Part shown: positions 38,067 to 46,797 of the stretch, piece after piece
Layout of the letters: every line of letters begins with the position of its first letter
Position numbering within the stretch: position 1 is the first letter of the stretch
Origin: Candidatus Iainarchaeum sp.
Lineage (GTDB): Archaea > B1Sed10-29 > WALL01
Direction: 5' to 3'
Assembly: GCA_023129115.1 (NCBI GenBank)
Contig: JAGMCR010000002.1
Location: forward strand, 1 to 64,000
Length of the DNA: 64,000 nucleotides
Translations under genes and position numbers: made by a program
Notes under the pieces: model-generated
The model's database searches: none
What the model was told of the DNA's origin: nothing
What the model saw: only the letters and a program-made list of their open reading frames with translations

Positions 38067-38776
38067 TCGACGGGATTATGGCGGAGTACTCAAACAAGTG
38101 CCTGGCAGAGCTGTTCAGGCACGTGAAGCAAAAAAGCAGTATTGGCCTCATGGGCGGCTGGGCAGTCCACTACCTCTTGAAAGAAAAGGGGGTTGAGCAC
38201 ATTGGCTCTAGGGACATCGACATTTTCTTTGACCCGGAGAAGGTATCGTTTAAGAAAATCCGGGAACTGATTGAGGGGGAGGGGTTCAGGCCGCACTCGA
38301 CTTTCAGGTGGGCAAAGTTTGTCCACAGGCTTACTGGCAAGGAGATGAATAGTGCAGAGGCAACCAAAGTCCCGCAGTATGACTTGTGTGTTGTTTATGT
38401 TGATGTTGCAGCCCCACGGCACGTCGACAAAAGAGTGATGGACTTGCCTTTGTTGGAAAAAGTGTTTGAAGGGGAATCAAAATGGATTAAAGTGAATGGC
38501 ACCAAAGTCCTGGTCCCAAGCGAGAAAATAATGGCTGAGATGAAGCTGGATTCCACTGGAGAGCGGGGGGACCGGTTCAAGAAGTCCAAGGACATTGCTG
38601 ACCTGTTCATGCTGCTTTACAGCGAGCCCGGGCTGCTGGAGGCCGCCGACAAAAAATTGAGGAGAAAATTCAAGTTGGACTTAGGCGATTTTGGGACTTC
38701 TGGCAATCTAGCTGACGCTGCCAACATGTTGGGGGTGCCAGTAAGCGTAATACTGCGCGTCTTGGACAGGCTTTAG
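38063..38776 (+). CDS. AbiEii-like nucleotidyltransferase toxin
   Basis: LMGGWAV, GSRDIDI, MKL and KDIADL motifs. Confidence 0.82.
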   Translation: MIDGIMAEYSNKCLAELFRHVKQKSSIGLMGGWAVHYLLKEKGVEHIGSRDIDIFFDPEKVSFKKIRELIEGEGFRPHSTFRWAKFVHRLTGKEMNSAEATKVPQYDLCVVYVDVAAPRHVDKRVMDLPLLEKVFEGESKWIKVNGTKVLVPSEKIMAEMKLDSTGERGDRFKKSKDIADLFMLLYSEPGLLEAADKKLRRKFKLDLGDFGTSGNLADAANMLGVPVSVILRVLDRL

Positions 38777-38803
38777 TTGGAACGGCTTGGTCAGCATTTT
38801 CCC

Positions 38804-39052
38804 TCACTGTCCGTCTTTGTGGTACAAGTCAAGGAAGACTATCGTGTCCTGGCTTTTGAGGCATAGGCAGGACAGCCTGAAGGGCGCAATGTAAACTTCT
38901 CTCGTGTTTTTTCGTGAGAAGCGCATTGGCTCCCCGATTGTGGGGTCCCGCACAATCCTGGCGACCTGTTTTTTCACCTTTTCTTTCAGGGCGTTGTCCC
39001 TTATCTTCTTGGCCCGTTTTTTAAAAACAGAGTCAGACCCAACAGTCACCAT
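38804..39052 (-). CDS. RelE/ParE family toxin (copy 2)
   Basis: Near-identical to 36229-36477. Confidence 0.8.
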   Translation of the reverse strand: MVTVGSDSVFKKRAKKIRDNALKEKVKKQVARIVRDPTIGEPMRFSRKNTREVYIAPFRLSCLCLKSQDTIVFLDLYHKDGQ

Positions 39053-39315
39053 TTTTCAAGCTCTTTCAAAAACTCTCCGCCACTCACTTTTTTGAAGCGG
39101 CCTTTTTCGTAGCGCTTGAGCGCTTCTTCCGTGCGCTCGGCGAAGCGCAGGTCTTCTCCTATGTTCTCGCCGAAGTCGCTAACGCTCTTGAGAATGAACT
39201 TGTCCCCGCTCCTGATGACGACGAACTTCTCCCCCTCCCTGAAGCCCGCGCGCATGTCGCTGGGGATAACAATCTGGCCCTTCGAACTCATTCGGGTAAC
39301 GCTAATATCAGGCAT
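39046..39315 (-). CDS. AbrB/MazE family antitoxin (copy 2)
   Basis: Near-identical to 36471-36740. Confidence 0.9.
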   Translation of the reverse strand: MPDISVTRMSSKGQIVIPSDMRAGFREGEKFVVIRSGDKFILKSVSDFGENIGEDLRFAERTEEALKRYEKGRFKKVSGGEFLKELEKW

Positions 39316-39416
39316 GAGGCAAGATATGTCTTACCTCGTATACAAAGTTTTCTTTTCCAAAGAAGGGGTCGAGCGCTGGAGGCAAGCGTTATTAAAACGG
39401 TTTAGACCGCCGGTTG

Positions 39417-39689
39417 TCAAAAAAATTGGTTGTACCACTTTTCGTAGTCTTTGTGTTTTCCAACGAAGTAGAATCTTACTGTTTTGTTTAGCTCGAATAT
39501 TCTGTAAACAATTCTGTGTTGTCCTGTTTCGTTCACGAAGAATCTGGCTCCTTTTTTGAGGTGCCTTTTGCGCGGGTGTTCAAGAATATTTTTGATTTTC
39601 TTGGCAATCCGTTCTTTTGTTTGATTATCTAGTTTTCGGAAGTATTTCGGCCAGTCTTGATCGAATCTTTCTGTGTACATGACACTCAT
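39417..39689 (-). CDS. RelE/ParE family toxin
   Basis: YFRKLDNQTKERIAKKI...HRIVYRI...FYFVGKHKDY. Confidence 0.85.
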   Translation of the reverse strand: MSVMYTERFDQDWPKYFRKLDNQTKERIAKKIKNILEHPRKRHLKKGARFFVNETGQHRIVYRIFELNKTVRFYFVGKHKDYEKWYNQFF

Positions 39690-39928
39690 TTCAAGTGTTT
39701 TACATATGGCCCAAGCGCTTCTTCAGCAGTCAATAGTTTTCTTTTTCCTTGTTTTATTTTTTTATCGATTCTATCGAGTTTTCTGGCGACTAGTCCTTCT
39801 TCATTGGCATGGCTTTCCCCGAAATTTATTATAGCTAATCTAATTGCTTCTGACAATGTGTTTGCATAGCCTTCCTCAACCATATCCTCCAAAATTTGCT
39901 TTGTCCTTCCTCTTAAAATAACATTCAT
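39686..39928 (-). CDS. Ribbon-helix-helix antitoxin
   Basis: MVEEGYANTLSEAIRLAI; ATGA overlap with the toxin gene. Confidence 0.82.
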   Translation of the reverse strand: MNVILRGRTKQILEDMVEEGYANTLSEAIRLAIINFGESHANEEGLVARKLDRIDKKIKQGKRKLLTAEEALGPYVKHLK

Positions 39929-39958
39929 TACAGGCCACCAACCATTTGATGTGTGTAT

Positions 39959-39995
39959 TATGTATCGTTTATGGTTTAAATATGTATCGTTTATG
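39959..39995. promoter_or_regulatory. 15-bp direct repeats flanking a TATA box (putative antitoxin operator)
   Basis: TATGTATCGTTTATG at 39959 and 39981, around TTTAAA. Confidence 0.65.
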
Positions 39996-40015
39996 AATAA
40001 AAGCGCTAGGGGCAG

Positions 40016-40150
40016 TGTCATAACGCCTGAAACTCAGGCGGCACGTTAGACGAGGGAGGCGCAAGGCCTCCCGGCGGCATTTTCCATCGACGCTTTTCTA
40101 CCGAGCAGCCGCTGAGCAGGCAAGCGAAGTGGCTGTAACAGAAAAAGGGT
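40016..40150 (+). repeat. Structured element, family A (partial copy), at the tRNA-Ser 3' flank
   Basis: CGCCTGA-AAC-TCAGGCG GCACGTTAG GGGAGGC-GCAAG-GCCTCCC ... GTGGC..TAACAGAAAAAGGG, matching 26989-27040 and 27191-27211. Confidence 0.8.
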
Positions 40151-40154
40151 CGAG

Positions 40155-40239
40155 CGCTAGGGGCAGGATTTGAACCTGCACGGGCCGAAGCCCACCGGCT
40201 CTCAAGGCCGGCGCGTTAACCGGATTCCGCCACCCTAGC
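40155..40239 (-). tRNA. tRNA-Ser(TGA)
   Basis: GCTAGGG acceptor stem, CCGGC-CT TGA GA-GCCGG anticodon arm, long variable arm and G discriminator. Confidence 0.97.
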
Positions 40240-40369
40240 AGCGTCTTGGGGGGAGCGCAGCTCCCCCCGCTACCCTTTCGGGAATCGCAATTCCCTTATT
40301 TCTGGCGATTTCCGAAATAAGGCGATACGAAATCGCCGAAATGGGAAGCACCCCCCCTCAGTAAAACTG
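40240..40369 (-). repeat. Structured element, family B, abutting the tRNA-Ser 5' end
   Basis: The minus strand reads TTTTACTGAGGGGGGGTGCTTCCCA...GCGGGGGGAGCTGCGCTCCCCCCAAGACGCT, with several hairpins. Confidence 0.75.
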
Positions 40370-40383
40370 TATTACTTAAAAAA

Positions 40384-40458
40384 TGGGCCCGGTCGGATTC
40401 GAACCGACGAGCTTCTCCACGTCAAGGAGACGTCCTAACCAGGCTAGACCACGAGCCC
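40384..40458 (-). tRNA. tRNA-Val(GAC)
   Basis: TCTCC-TT GAC GT-GGAGA anticodon arm; GTCGG TTCGAAT CCGAC T-arm. Confidence 0.97.
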
Positions 40459-40500
40459 ATTGCGTCGTATTTCTATCGTTTCTTTATAAAAGTGTTACAG

Positions 40501-40574
40501 TGGACCTGGCGCGATTCGAACGCGCGACTTCCCCCACGCCAAGGGGGTACTCTTCCGGACTGAGCTACAGGCCC
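40501..40574 (-). tRNA. tRNA-Ala(GGC)
   Basis: CCCCC-TT GGC GT-GGGGG anticodon arm; G3:U70 pair. Confidence 0.97.
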
Positions 40575-40617
40575 GTGGGTAACTATTTCCATAAATCTCT
40601 TTTTAAATCCGACTGTC

Positions 40618-40860
<243 letters not shown>

Positions 40861-40878
40861 TTATGGGCGGAGGTAATA

Positions 40879-42156
40879 TTAAGCTTTCTGGTCCTCAGCC
40901 CGTTTTTCCTTGGAAACTCCCCCCAAAAGACTGGCCCCAGCAGGACCTGTCCCCGGAGAACTGGCCCCGGGAGCACTAGCCCCAGGAGAACCTGTCCCAG
41001 AAGAACTGGGGGGGACGCCAGTTGGCGTCCCCCCGGTTGGAGTCTTAGCTGCAGTGGTTGGCGTCCCCCCGGTTGGAGCCTTAGCTGCAGGAGTTGGGGT
41101 TGCCCCGGTTGGAGCCTTAGCTGCAGGAGTTGGGGTTGCCCCGGTTGGAGCCTTAGCTGCTCCGGTTGGGGCCTTGGCCGCGGGGGTTGGAGCCTTTGCT
41201 GCTTCGGCTGGAGCCTTGGCCGCGGGGGTTGGAGCCTTTGCTGCGGGCGGCTTCGGTGCGGGGGGCTTGGCTTCTTCTTTCGGAGCTGGCGCGGGTGGCT
41301 TTGCCTCTTCCTTCTTCGGCGCGGGCTTCGGCTTCTCTTGCTTCGGCGCCTTCTTCGTGCCCGTCAAGTCCCGCCTCTTCTTCGGCCTCAGCAGCCCCAG
41401 AATCGCGTCAAGCAGCCCCGGCTTCTTCGCCTCAATCATGGGCGGCGGAGCCCCAATCAGCTTGGCAGCCAGGTTGATTACCGCCGTGCCCCCGAGCGAA
41501 GTCGGGTGCTTCAGCACCACGGGCGTGCCCTCCAGCGAGCACTCGCGGAACTGTGGGTCCTCTGGAATCACCGCAAGCACCTCGGTCTGGAGCGCCTTCT
41601 GGATTTCCTTGGAAGTCATTTCCTGCTTCATGTCCTTGTACATCTCGACGACCACGCCAGTGATGTCGAGGCCGAGCCTCCGCTCGGCAATCATGATTAG
41701 CTTCAGTGCATCCGCGACGGCAATGGACTCCGCCATCGTCACCACAAGCACTTCGGTCGCGCCGTGCAGGCTGGCAAGCACGTCGTTCCCAATCCCGGCC
41801 GCGGTGTCTAGCAGGACTATGTCGGCCTGCTCCGCCAGCTCCTTGATGACGTCAGCCAATTTCTCGTCGTCCACGCGCCTGAACTTCTCGATGGAAAGCC
41901 CCGCCGGCACGAACCTAATGCCGCCAGGCCCGTCATAAATCGCGTCCGCCAGCGACGCCTCTCCCGCGAGCACGTCCTGGAGCGTGATTGGCCTGCCCTC
42001 CATGCCGAGCATGAGCCCGAGGTTGGCCATCTGCAGGTCAGTGTCGACCACAAGGACTCTCTTGCCCATCTTGGCGAGCGCGACGCCGAGGTTTGCGGCT
42101 AGGGAAGTCTTCCCGACCCCGCCCTTGCCCGACGCAATCGCGATAATCCGCGTCAT
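40879..42156 (-). CDS. minD: MinD-family ATPase with a long Pro/Ala/Lys/Thr repeat tail
   Basis: ASGKGGVGKT, VDTDLQMANL, LLDTAAG and IPEDP motifs; amphipathic GLLDAILGLL; 36-bp coding repeats at about 41020-41240. Confidence 0.9.
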   Translation of the reverse strand: MTRIIAIASGKGGVGKTSLAANLGVALAKMGKRVLVVDTDLQMANLGLMLGMEGRPITLQDVLAGEASLADAIYDGPGGIRFVPAGLSIEKFRRVDDEKLADVIKELAEQADIVLLDTAAGIGNDVLASLHGATEVLVVTMAESIAVADALKLIMIAERRLGLDITGVVVEMYKDMKQEMTSKEIQKALQTEVLAVIPEDPQFRECSLEGTPVVLKHPTSLGGTAVINLAAKLIGAPPPMIEAKKPGLLDAILGLLRPKKRRDLTGTKKAPKQEKPKPAPKKEEAKPPAPAPKEEAKPPAPKPPAAKAPTPAAKAPAEAAKAPTPAAKAPTGAAKAPTGATPTPAAKAPTGATPTPAAKAPTGGTPTTAAKTPTGGTPTGVPPSSSGTGSPGASAPGASSPGTGPAGASLLGGVSKEKRAEDQKA

Positions 42157-42611
42157 GAATTGTCTCCCTTGTGTATCTTGCGCATGAGCGCCCTCATCTC
42201 AATGGGCGAGACATTGCCCATTGCCTCGACAACAACGAGCGAGCCGTTGTCGGGGCAGACTACATGAGTGCTTTTCTCGCCCTTTATTAATAAGTATTTC
42301 GCGTCAGGGATCTCCTTGAGGACCGAATCGTAAATGCTTTTCTCGGGCTGGATGTCCTTCCTCCCGCTCTCGGCTACCACGGAGCCGTCCCTGTTCGCGA
42401 GCACGATTGAGGAAAGCGTGAAGTCGTCCGCCAGCTTGCTGAAGTACTGCCCCGTCATCGCCGGCTTGACGAACCGCGTCTCGCCCGGGTAAAGCATCTC
42501 CCGCAGCAGAGCCATCCTCTCCTGCCGCTCGTCCTCCAGGCTCTTCTTGCCAATGAGCTTGCGAAAGGTGTTCCTCACCACCCAATCAATGTTCCACGGC
42601 TTGAGTCTCAT
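42153..42611 (-). CDS. Hypothetical protein with a roadblock/LC7-like C-terminal domain
   Basis: SSIVLANRDGSVVAES resembles the roadblock signature; ATGA-coupled to minD. Confidence 0.55.
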   Translation of the reverse strand: MRLKPWNIDWVVRNTFRKLIGKKSLEDERQERMALLREMLYPGETRFVKPAMTGQYFSKLADDFTLSSIVLANRDGSVVAESGRKDIQPEKSIYDSVLKEIPDAKYLLIKGEKSTHVVCPDNGSLVVVEAMGNVSPIEMRALMRKIHKGDNS

Positions 42612-42615
42612 CGGT

Positions 42616-43383
42616 TCATGTCTCCTTCAGAAGCAGTTTCTTTAGCTTTTCGGCCTGCTGGTTGAGCTCCTCAAGCTCCTGTGTGGTCTCGGTGTCCAGC
42701 TCTTTGTCGACCAGCGCCTCCACCTTTTCCGGCGGCTTCATGTCCTCGACCAGCGGCTTTTCGGTCGGCTCCTCGCGCGGCGGCACGGGCTCCTTGGGCT
42801 TTTCCCCCGAGAGGTAGCCCTTGACCTTGTCCGCGACCTTGTCGGCCGCCCCCGCCGCCGGCACAGCCGACTCGACGCTTGCCTTTATGTCGGCGTAATT
42901 GTCTATCCTGATTTCCTCGAGCCCGTGCTCCGCGAGCACGCTCTTGGGCTTCTTGGGCAAGGCAGCCAATTCCTGCCTCTCGAACTCCTCGGAATACGCG
43001 ACCGGGACCATGCCCTCGAACGACCGGAGCGGAATCCGCTCCAGCAGCAGGATGTTCTCGTTGAATATCTTGAGCAGCTCGAGCTGCTGCGCCGTGAGGG
43101 TGTACGAGTCGTACACGCCATTCTTTGCGACGATGGCGTTGACCACGCGCTTAAGGGCCTCGCCAGCGGCGTGCTCCTTGCCGAACGCGAGGTACGCGTA
43201 GTGCGCGCCGAGGATGCCGCCGGACTCAATGACGAGCAAGCCGTCCTCGAGGCCGCGCTCCCCGCTAGTTGTGACGCAGAAGTAGCCCGTCTTGTTGGCG
43301 TCCATGAACGAGATTATGTCGCGGACCGCCTCTCCCGACAGGGCCTTGCCGGCGATTTCCTGGGCGCCAAGCGGTATGTTCAC
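42616..43383 (-). CDS. DUF2226-like protein
   Basis: MNIPLG, TGYFCVT...LEDGLLVIESGGILGA, GEALKRV and YTLT..QLELLK.FN motifs. Confidence 0.7.
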   Translation of the reverse strand: MNIPLGAQEIAGKALSGEAVRDIISFMDANKTGYFCVTTSGERGLEDGLLVIESGGILGAHYAYLAFGKEHAAGEALKRVVNAIVAKNGVYDSYTLTAQQLELLKIFNENILLLERIPLRSFEGMVPVAYSEEFERQELAALPKKPKSVLAEHGLEEIRIDNYADIKASVESAVPAAGAADKVADKVKGYLSGEKPKEPVPPREEPTEKPLVEDMKPPEKVEALVDKELDTETTQELEELNQQAEKLKKLLLKET

Positions 43384-43386
43384 TTT

Positions 43387-43842
43387 TCACTCACCGTCTA
43401 TCCTTCCAATCATAATCACTTTGTCGGCCGTGTTCCTGAGGGCAGTGGAAAACCCCGGCTCGACGCCGAGCACGATGGTCTCCTTGCCCTTGAGCTTTGC
43501 CTTCTGGAGCACGGGCTGGAAGTCCGCGTCCCTCGTCATGAGCGCGAGTATGTCGATGGACGAGTTGTACACGAGGTCGATGGCCTCGACGGCCATGGTC
43601 ACGTCCACGTCAGTGCTCGTTATCACGGGCTCGAACCCCTGGTTGGTCACGGCCTCTATCAGCTTGTCTGGCGCGTACTGGTCCAGAAAAACTTTGCAGA
43701 CCTTGACCTGGCCGTATGGCTTGAGCTTGTTCTTCATGTCGAACAGGTTGACGTTGAACTCCTTCCGTAGAATGTTTGGCCCGTCCACGAGCACGCCAAT
43801 ATGCTTGTGGGTAATCCTGTGCAAGCCAAGCTTGCTCCTCAC
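43387..43842 (-). CDS. NYN-domain protein (TIGR00288-like)
   Basis: VDGPNILRKEF, DVDVTMAVEA, TRDADFQP and FSTALRNTAD motifs. Confidence 0.9.
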   Translation of the reverse strand: MRSKLGLHRITHKHIGVLVDGPNILRKEFNVNLFDMKNKLKPYGQVKVCKVFLDQYAPDKLIEAVTNQGFEPVITSTDVDVTMAVEAIDLVYNSSIDILALMTRDADFQPVLQKAKLKGKETIVLGVEPGFSTALRNTADKVIMIGRIDGE

Positions 43843-43869
43843 TTCTTCAAATACAATAATAATCGCCGC

Positions 43870-44628
43870 CTACACGGTTCTGGCCGGGACAGCAAAAAAA
43901 CGCAGTGCGTTCTCAAAGATGTAATCCGTCGCATCGACTTCTTTCAAGGTCGACACCAAAGCAACAATATCACGAACGAAGAACGGCTCGTTGCGCTTGC
44001 CCCTCATTGGACAATTATAGGGGCTGTCTGTCTCGACTAAGGTATATTCTAGAGGAAGCAGCTTAATAAGCCTTTTGTCCTTGCTCCCCGTGCACAGGCT
44101 TATATAAAAGCCGTGGTCCAGGCACTCCTGCGCCTCTTCCCCGCTGCCAGAAAAGTGGTGCATCATCACCCTGTCAGGGCGCTTTTTGCCAATAATTTTC
44201 AATAAGTCTGGCATTGCGTCGCGGCAGTGGACCACCAGCGGCTTCTTCAGCTCCTCTGCCAGCGCGATGAACTTCTTGAACACTTCTTTCTGCCTTTCCC
44301 TGCCCTTGCCGGCGGGGGTCCAGTGGTAGTCCAGCCCGACCTCGCCGATTGCGGTGATGTCGTCGCGGTGCTCTTTAATCAACTCAATAAAGTTGTCGAC
44401 GTCTTTGTCGCCCATCTTTGCCGCGAGCGGCGGCGCGAGCCCGAGCGAGGCCTTGATGAACGCGGGGTGCTCGTGGTGCATCTCGAGCGTGGCAGTGTTT
44501 CCCGAGAAATCGACTCCCGAATTAACAACGAAGTCCACTGCCTTCTTGTTCCGCTCGATGACTTCCTCGCGGTCCTTCTCGAACCGCTTGTCCTCGAGGT
44601 GGCAGTGGCAGTCCACTAGTGGCATCAA
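43870..44628 (-). CDS. tatD: TatD family nuclease
   Basis: DCHCHL, IGEVGLDY, VHCRDA and ETDSPY motifs. Confidence 0.93.
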   Translation of the reverse strand: MMPLVDCHCHLEDKRFEKDREEVIERNKKAVDFVVNSGVDFSGNTATLEMHHEHPAFIKASLGLAPPLAAKMGDKDVDNFIELIKEHRDDITAIGEVGLDYHWTPAGKGRERQKEVFKKFIALAEELKKPLVVHCRDAMPDLLKIIGKKRPDRVMMHHFSGSGEEAQECLDHGFYISLCTGSKDKRLIKLLPLEYTLVETDSPYNCPMRGKRNEPFFVRDIVALVSTLKEVDATDYIFENALRFFAVPARTV

Positions 44629-44659
44629 GTTAAAAAAGGTTAAACTCTATTTAACCATT

Positions 44660-45655
44660 GTGCAGAAAAAGCAGCTTTTTTCAACGTTTTTCGTCGGGCT
44701 CCTCGTGTTCGCGGTAATCGTCTGGGTGCTCGGGCCGGCAGAGATGTGGGCACAGCTCTCTGCGATGAGGCCAGAATTCCTTTTGCTGGCGCTGGGCCTG
44801 CAGCTCCTGGTAATGGCCGCCATGGCGTACCGGTGGTCAATCTTCATCAAGGCCACGGGCCACAAGGCCGGGTTCGGCAGCGTGCTCCTGATGACGCTGG
44901 CGGGCACTGCCTTGAACAACATCACGCCCAGCTCGCGAATGGGCGGCGAGCCGCTCCGCGCGTATTTACTGAAGAAGCGGCACGGCGCGCGCACCAGCAC
45001 GGGCCTCGCCACGGTCGTCATCGAGAAAATCGCTGACATGACCGCGTTCTCCATAATCACGGTCCTCGCCATCTTCTACGCGTTCTATTACCTCAACGTC
45101 CCCGGCCATACGGTCCTGCTCCTCGTGCTCTCGTTCTTCTTCACCACGGGCGTGATGGCCGCCCTGGTCTACGTCACGCTCCGCCGCAAAATCAAGGCCA
45201 AGTGGATTGTGGGCTTGATTGACAAGTACCAACACTTGTCCGAGAAGTTCCCCCTGGTCTCGTACTACCGGGACAAGATGGACGACTCGCTCGCGAATTA
45301 TTACGACTCCGCGGCGCGCATCGCGAAGAAGCGCGTCATAGTCAAGGCAATCCTTGCGTCGCTTTTGTATTGGGCCCTGGAGATATCCCGCGCGTACGTG
45401 CTTTTTCTGGCGTTCGGCGTGAACGTCCCGATTGCCGTAATCGCGGCGGTCTACGTGATTGCAAATATTGTGGCCTCGCTGCCGCTGCCGCCGGGCACGC
45501 TTGAGGCGACAATGATAATTATTTATTCGAGCACTGCGATTAACACGGTAACTGCGGGTGCAGTCACGCTCATTGACCGCCTGATTTCGTTTTGGCTGGT
45601 CATTATCGCCGGCCTGCCGGTCGCGTGGCACCTCGGGCTGACAAGCAAGAAGTGA
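44660..45655 (+). CDS. LPG-synthase TM / UPF0104 flippase-like membrane protein
   Basis: NNITPSSRMGGEPLRAYLL and RLISFW motifs; GTG start inferred. Confidence 0.88.
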   Translation: MQKKQLFSTFFVGLLVFAVIVWVLGPAEMWAQLSAMRPEFLLLALGLQLLVMAAMAYRWSIFIKATGHKAGFGSVLLMTLAGTALNNITPSSRMGGEPLRAYLLKKRHGARTSTGLATVVIEKIADMTAFSIITVLAIFYAFYYLNVPGHTVLLLVLSFFFTTGVMAALVYVTLRRKIKAKWIVGLIDKYQHLSEKFPLVSYYRDKMDDSLANYYDSAARIAKKRVIVKAILASLLYWALEISRAYVLFLAFGVNVPIAVIAAVYVIANIVASLPLPPGTLEATMIIIYSSTAINTVTAGAVTLIDRLISFWLVIIAGLPVAWHLGLTSKK

Positions 45656-46202
45656 CATCCAACCCGCATTTTTCCAAAAGCTCTTTTGTTATTTCTTCTC
45701 TGTCGTCGGATAGGTCAAACAGTTCGTCGTGCACATAGGTGTTCCCGTCGTAATACAATATTGTCAGGACATTTGCTTCTTTTGCTTGCCCCACTGCTGG
45801 GGCGTAGTCGCTGTCACCGCTAACAAGGACTGCTGTGTCGATTTTTCCTGTCCAGCTCAGCTTGACAAGGTCTATGGCAAGAAGGATGTCCACCCCCTTC
45901 TGTTGAAAGGGCTTGTCTTGTTGGCTTGTTTTCTTGAGGTGGCCCCATCGGGTCACGAACTTTGGTAATCTCTCCAGTTTCTTCCTGAACTTGTATTTTT
46001 TTGAGTACCTCTCTCTTTCTTTTTCAGTCGGTGGGTTACTCTGGAACGGCATGCAATCGTAGACATACGTCCTAAACCTTTTCCCCCCTTGTTTTCTACA
46101 GAGTTCTTCTGAAAACTGCAGGTAATCTACTCGAGGGACCCCCAGGTTACGGCATGCCTTTTCAAAATAGGCATTATCGATAAAGACTCCAATCCTCTCC
46201 AT
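45603..46202 (-). CDS. NYN/LabA domain protein
   Basis: FIDNAY, QKGVDILLAID and LVSGDSDYAP motifs. Confidence 0.9.
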   Translation of the reverse strand: MERIGVFIDNAYFEKACRNLGVPRVDYLQFSEELCRKQGGKRFRTYVYDCMPFQSNPPTEKERERYSKKYKFRKKLERLPKFVTRWGHLKKTSQQDKPFQQKGVDILLAIDLVKLSWTGKIDTAVLVSGDSDYAPAVGQAKEANVLTILYYDGNTYVHDELFDLSDDREEITKELLEKCGLDVTSCLSARGATRPAGRR

Positions 46203-46389
46203 TTATTTCCTCTCCCACATAGTTTAACTACCGTTCCTGGCGGCCCAAATAAGCCGGGGAACGGCAGCGAATATGGTAAATATTAATTGGGGTTTTTTGT
46301 TTATAAGCATTGTGATTTTCTTGACGATGTATTAGACTAAAGCCTTTTATTTGAGTTAGGAGTAATCCAAGCCAACGAGGGGTAATCAC

Positions 46390-46773
46390 ATGGCTGGAAA
46401 GACAATTGGAATGGTCAAGGACCTGAAAAAAGGAAAGTACGTGCTTATTGACGACGTGCCGTGCAAGGTAGTCGACATCCAGACGTCGAAGCCCGGGAAG
46501 CACGGCGCCGCCAAGGCGCGGGTGACGGCAATCGGTGTTTTTGACGGCTCGAAAAAGCAATTGCTCAAGCCCATGGACGCCAACTGCGAGATTCCGATGG
46601 TTGACCGCCGCAAGGGCCAGGTCATCGCGGACCTCGGCGACAACATCCAGCTCATGGACATGGAGACGTACGAGACGTTCGAGATGAAGAAGCCAACGGA
46701 CATCGCCGTGGAAACGGGCGCAGAAGTCGAGTACATGGACGTCATGGGCCAGAAAATGATTACGAGGAAATGA
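46390..46773 (+). CDS. eif5a: Translation factor aIF5A (eIF5A)
   Basis: SKPGKHGAAK hypusine motif and QLMDMETYETFE. Confidence 0.97.
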   Translation: MAGKTIGMVKDLKKGKYVLIDDVPCKVVDIQTSKPGKHGAAKARVTAIGVFDGSKKQLLKPMDANCEIPMVDRRKGQVIADLGDNIQLMDMETYETFEMKKPTDIAVETGAEVEYMDVMGQKMITRK

Positions 46774-46797
46774 GCCCAAACCTTTATTAGATTTGAG

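Larger units (their letters stand above)
38798..39364. repeat. 567-bp duplicated TA cassette, copy 2
   Basis: Matches 36223-36789. Confidence 0.95.

Noticed and set aside
36223-40150. Provirus or IS element
   Set aside because: No integrase, transposase, replication or capsid genes are visible.
41020-41240. Tandem repeats as a non-coding array
   Set aside because: Unit lengths are multiples of 3 and the repeats encode the MinD tail.
44354-44659. N-terminal extensions in the ORF track (also 48556, 49212, 54775, 54860, 59213, 31064, 31945)
   Set aside because: They overlap neighbouring real genes; downstream starts fit the family N-termini and the stop-start coupling.
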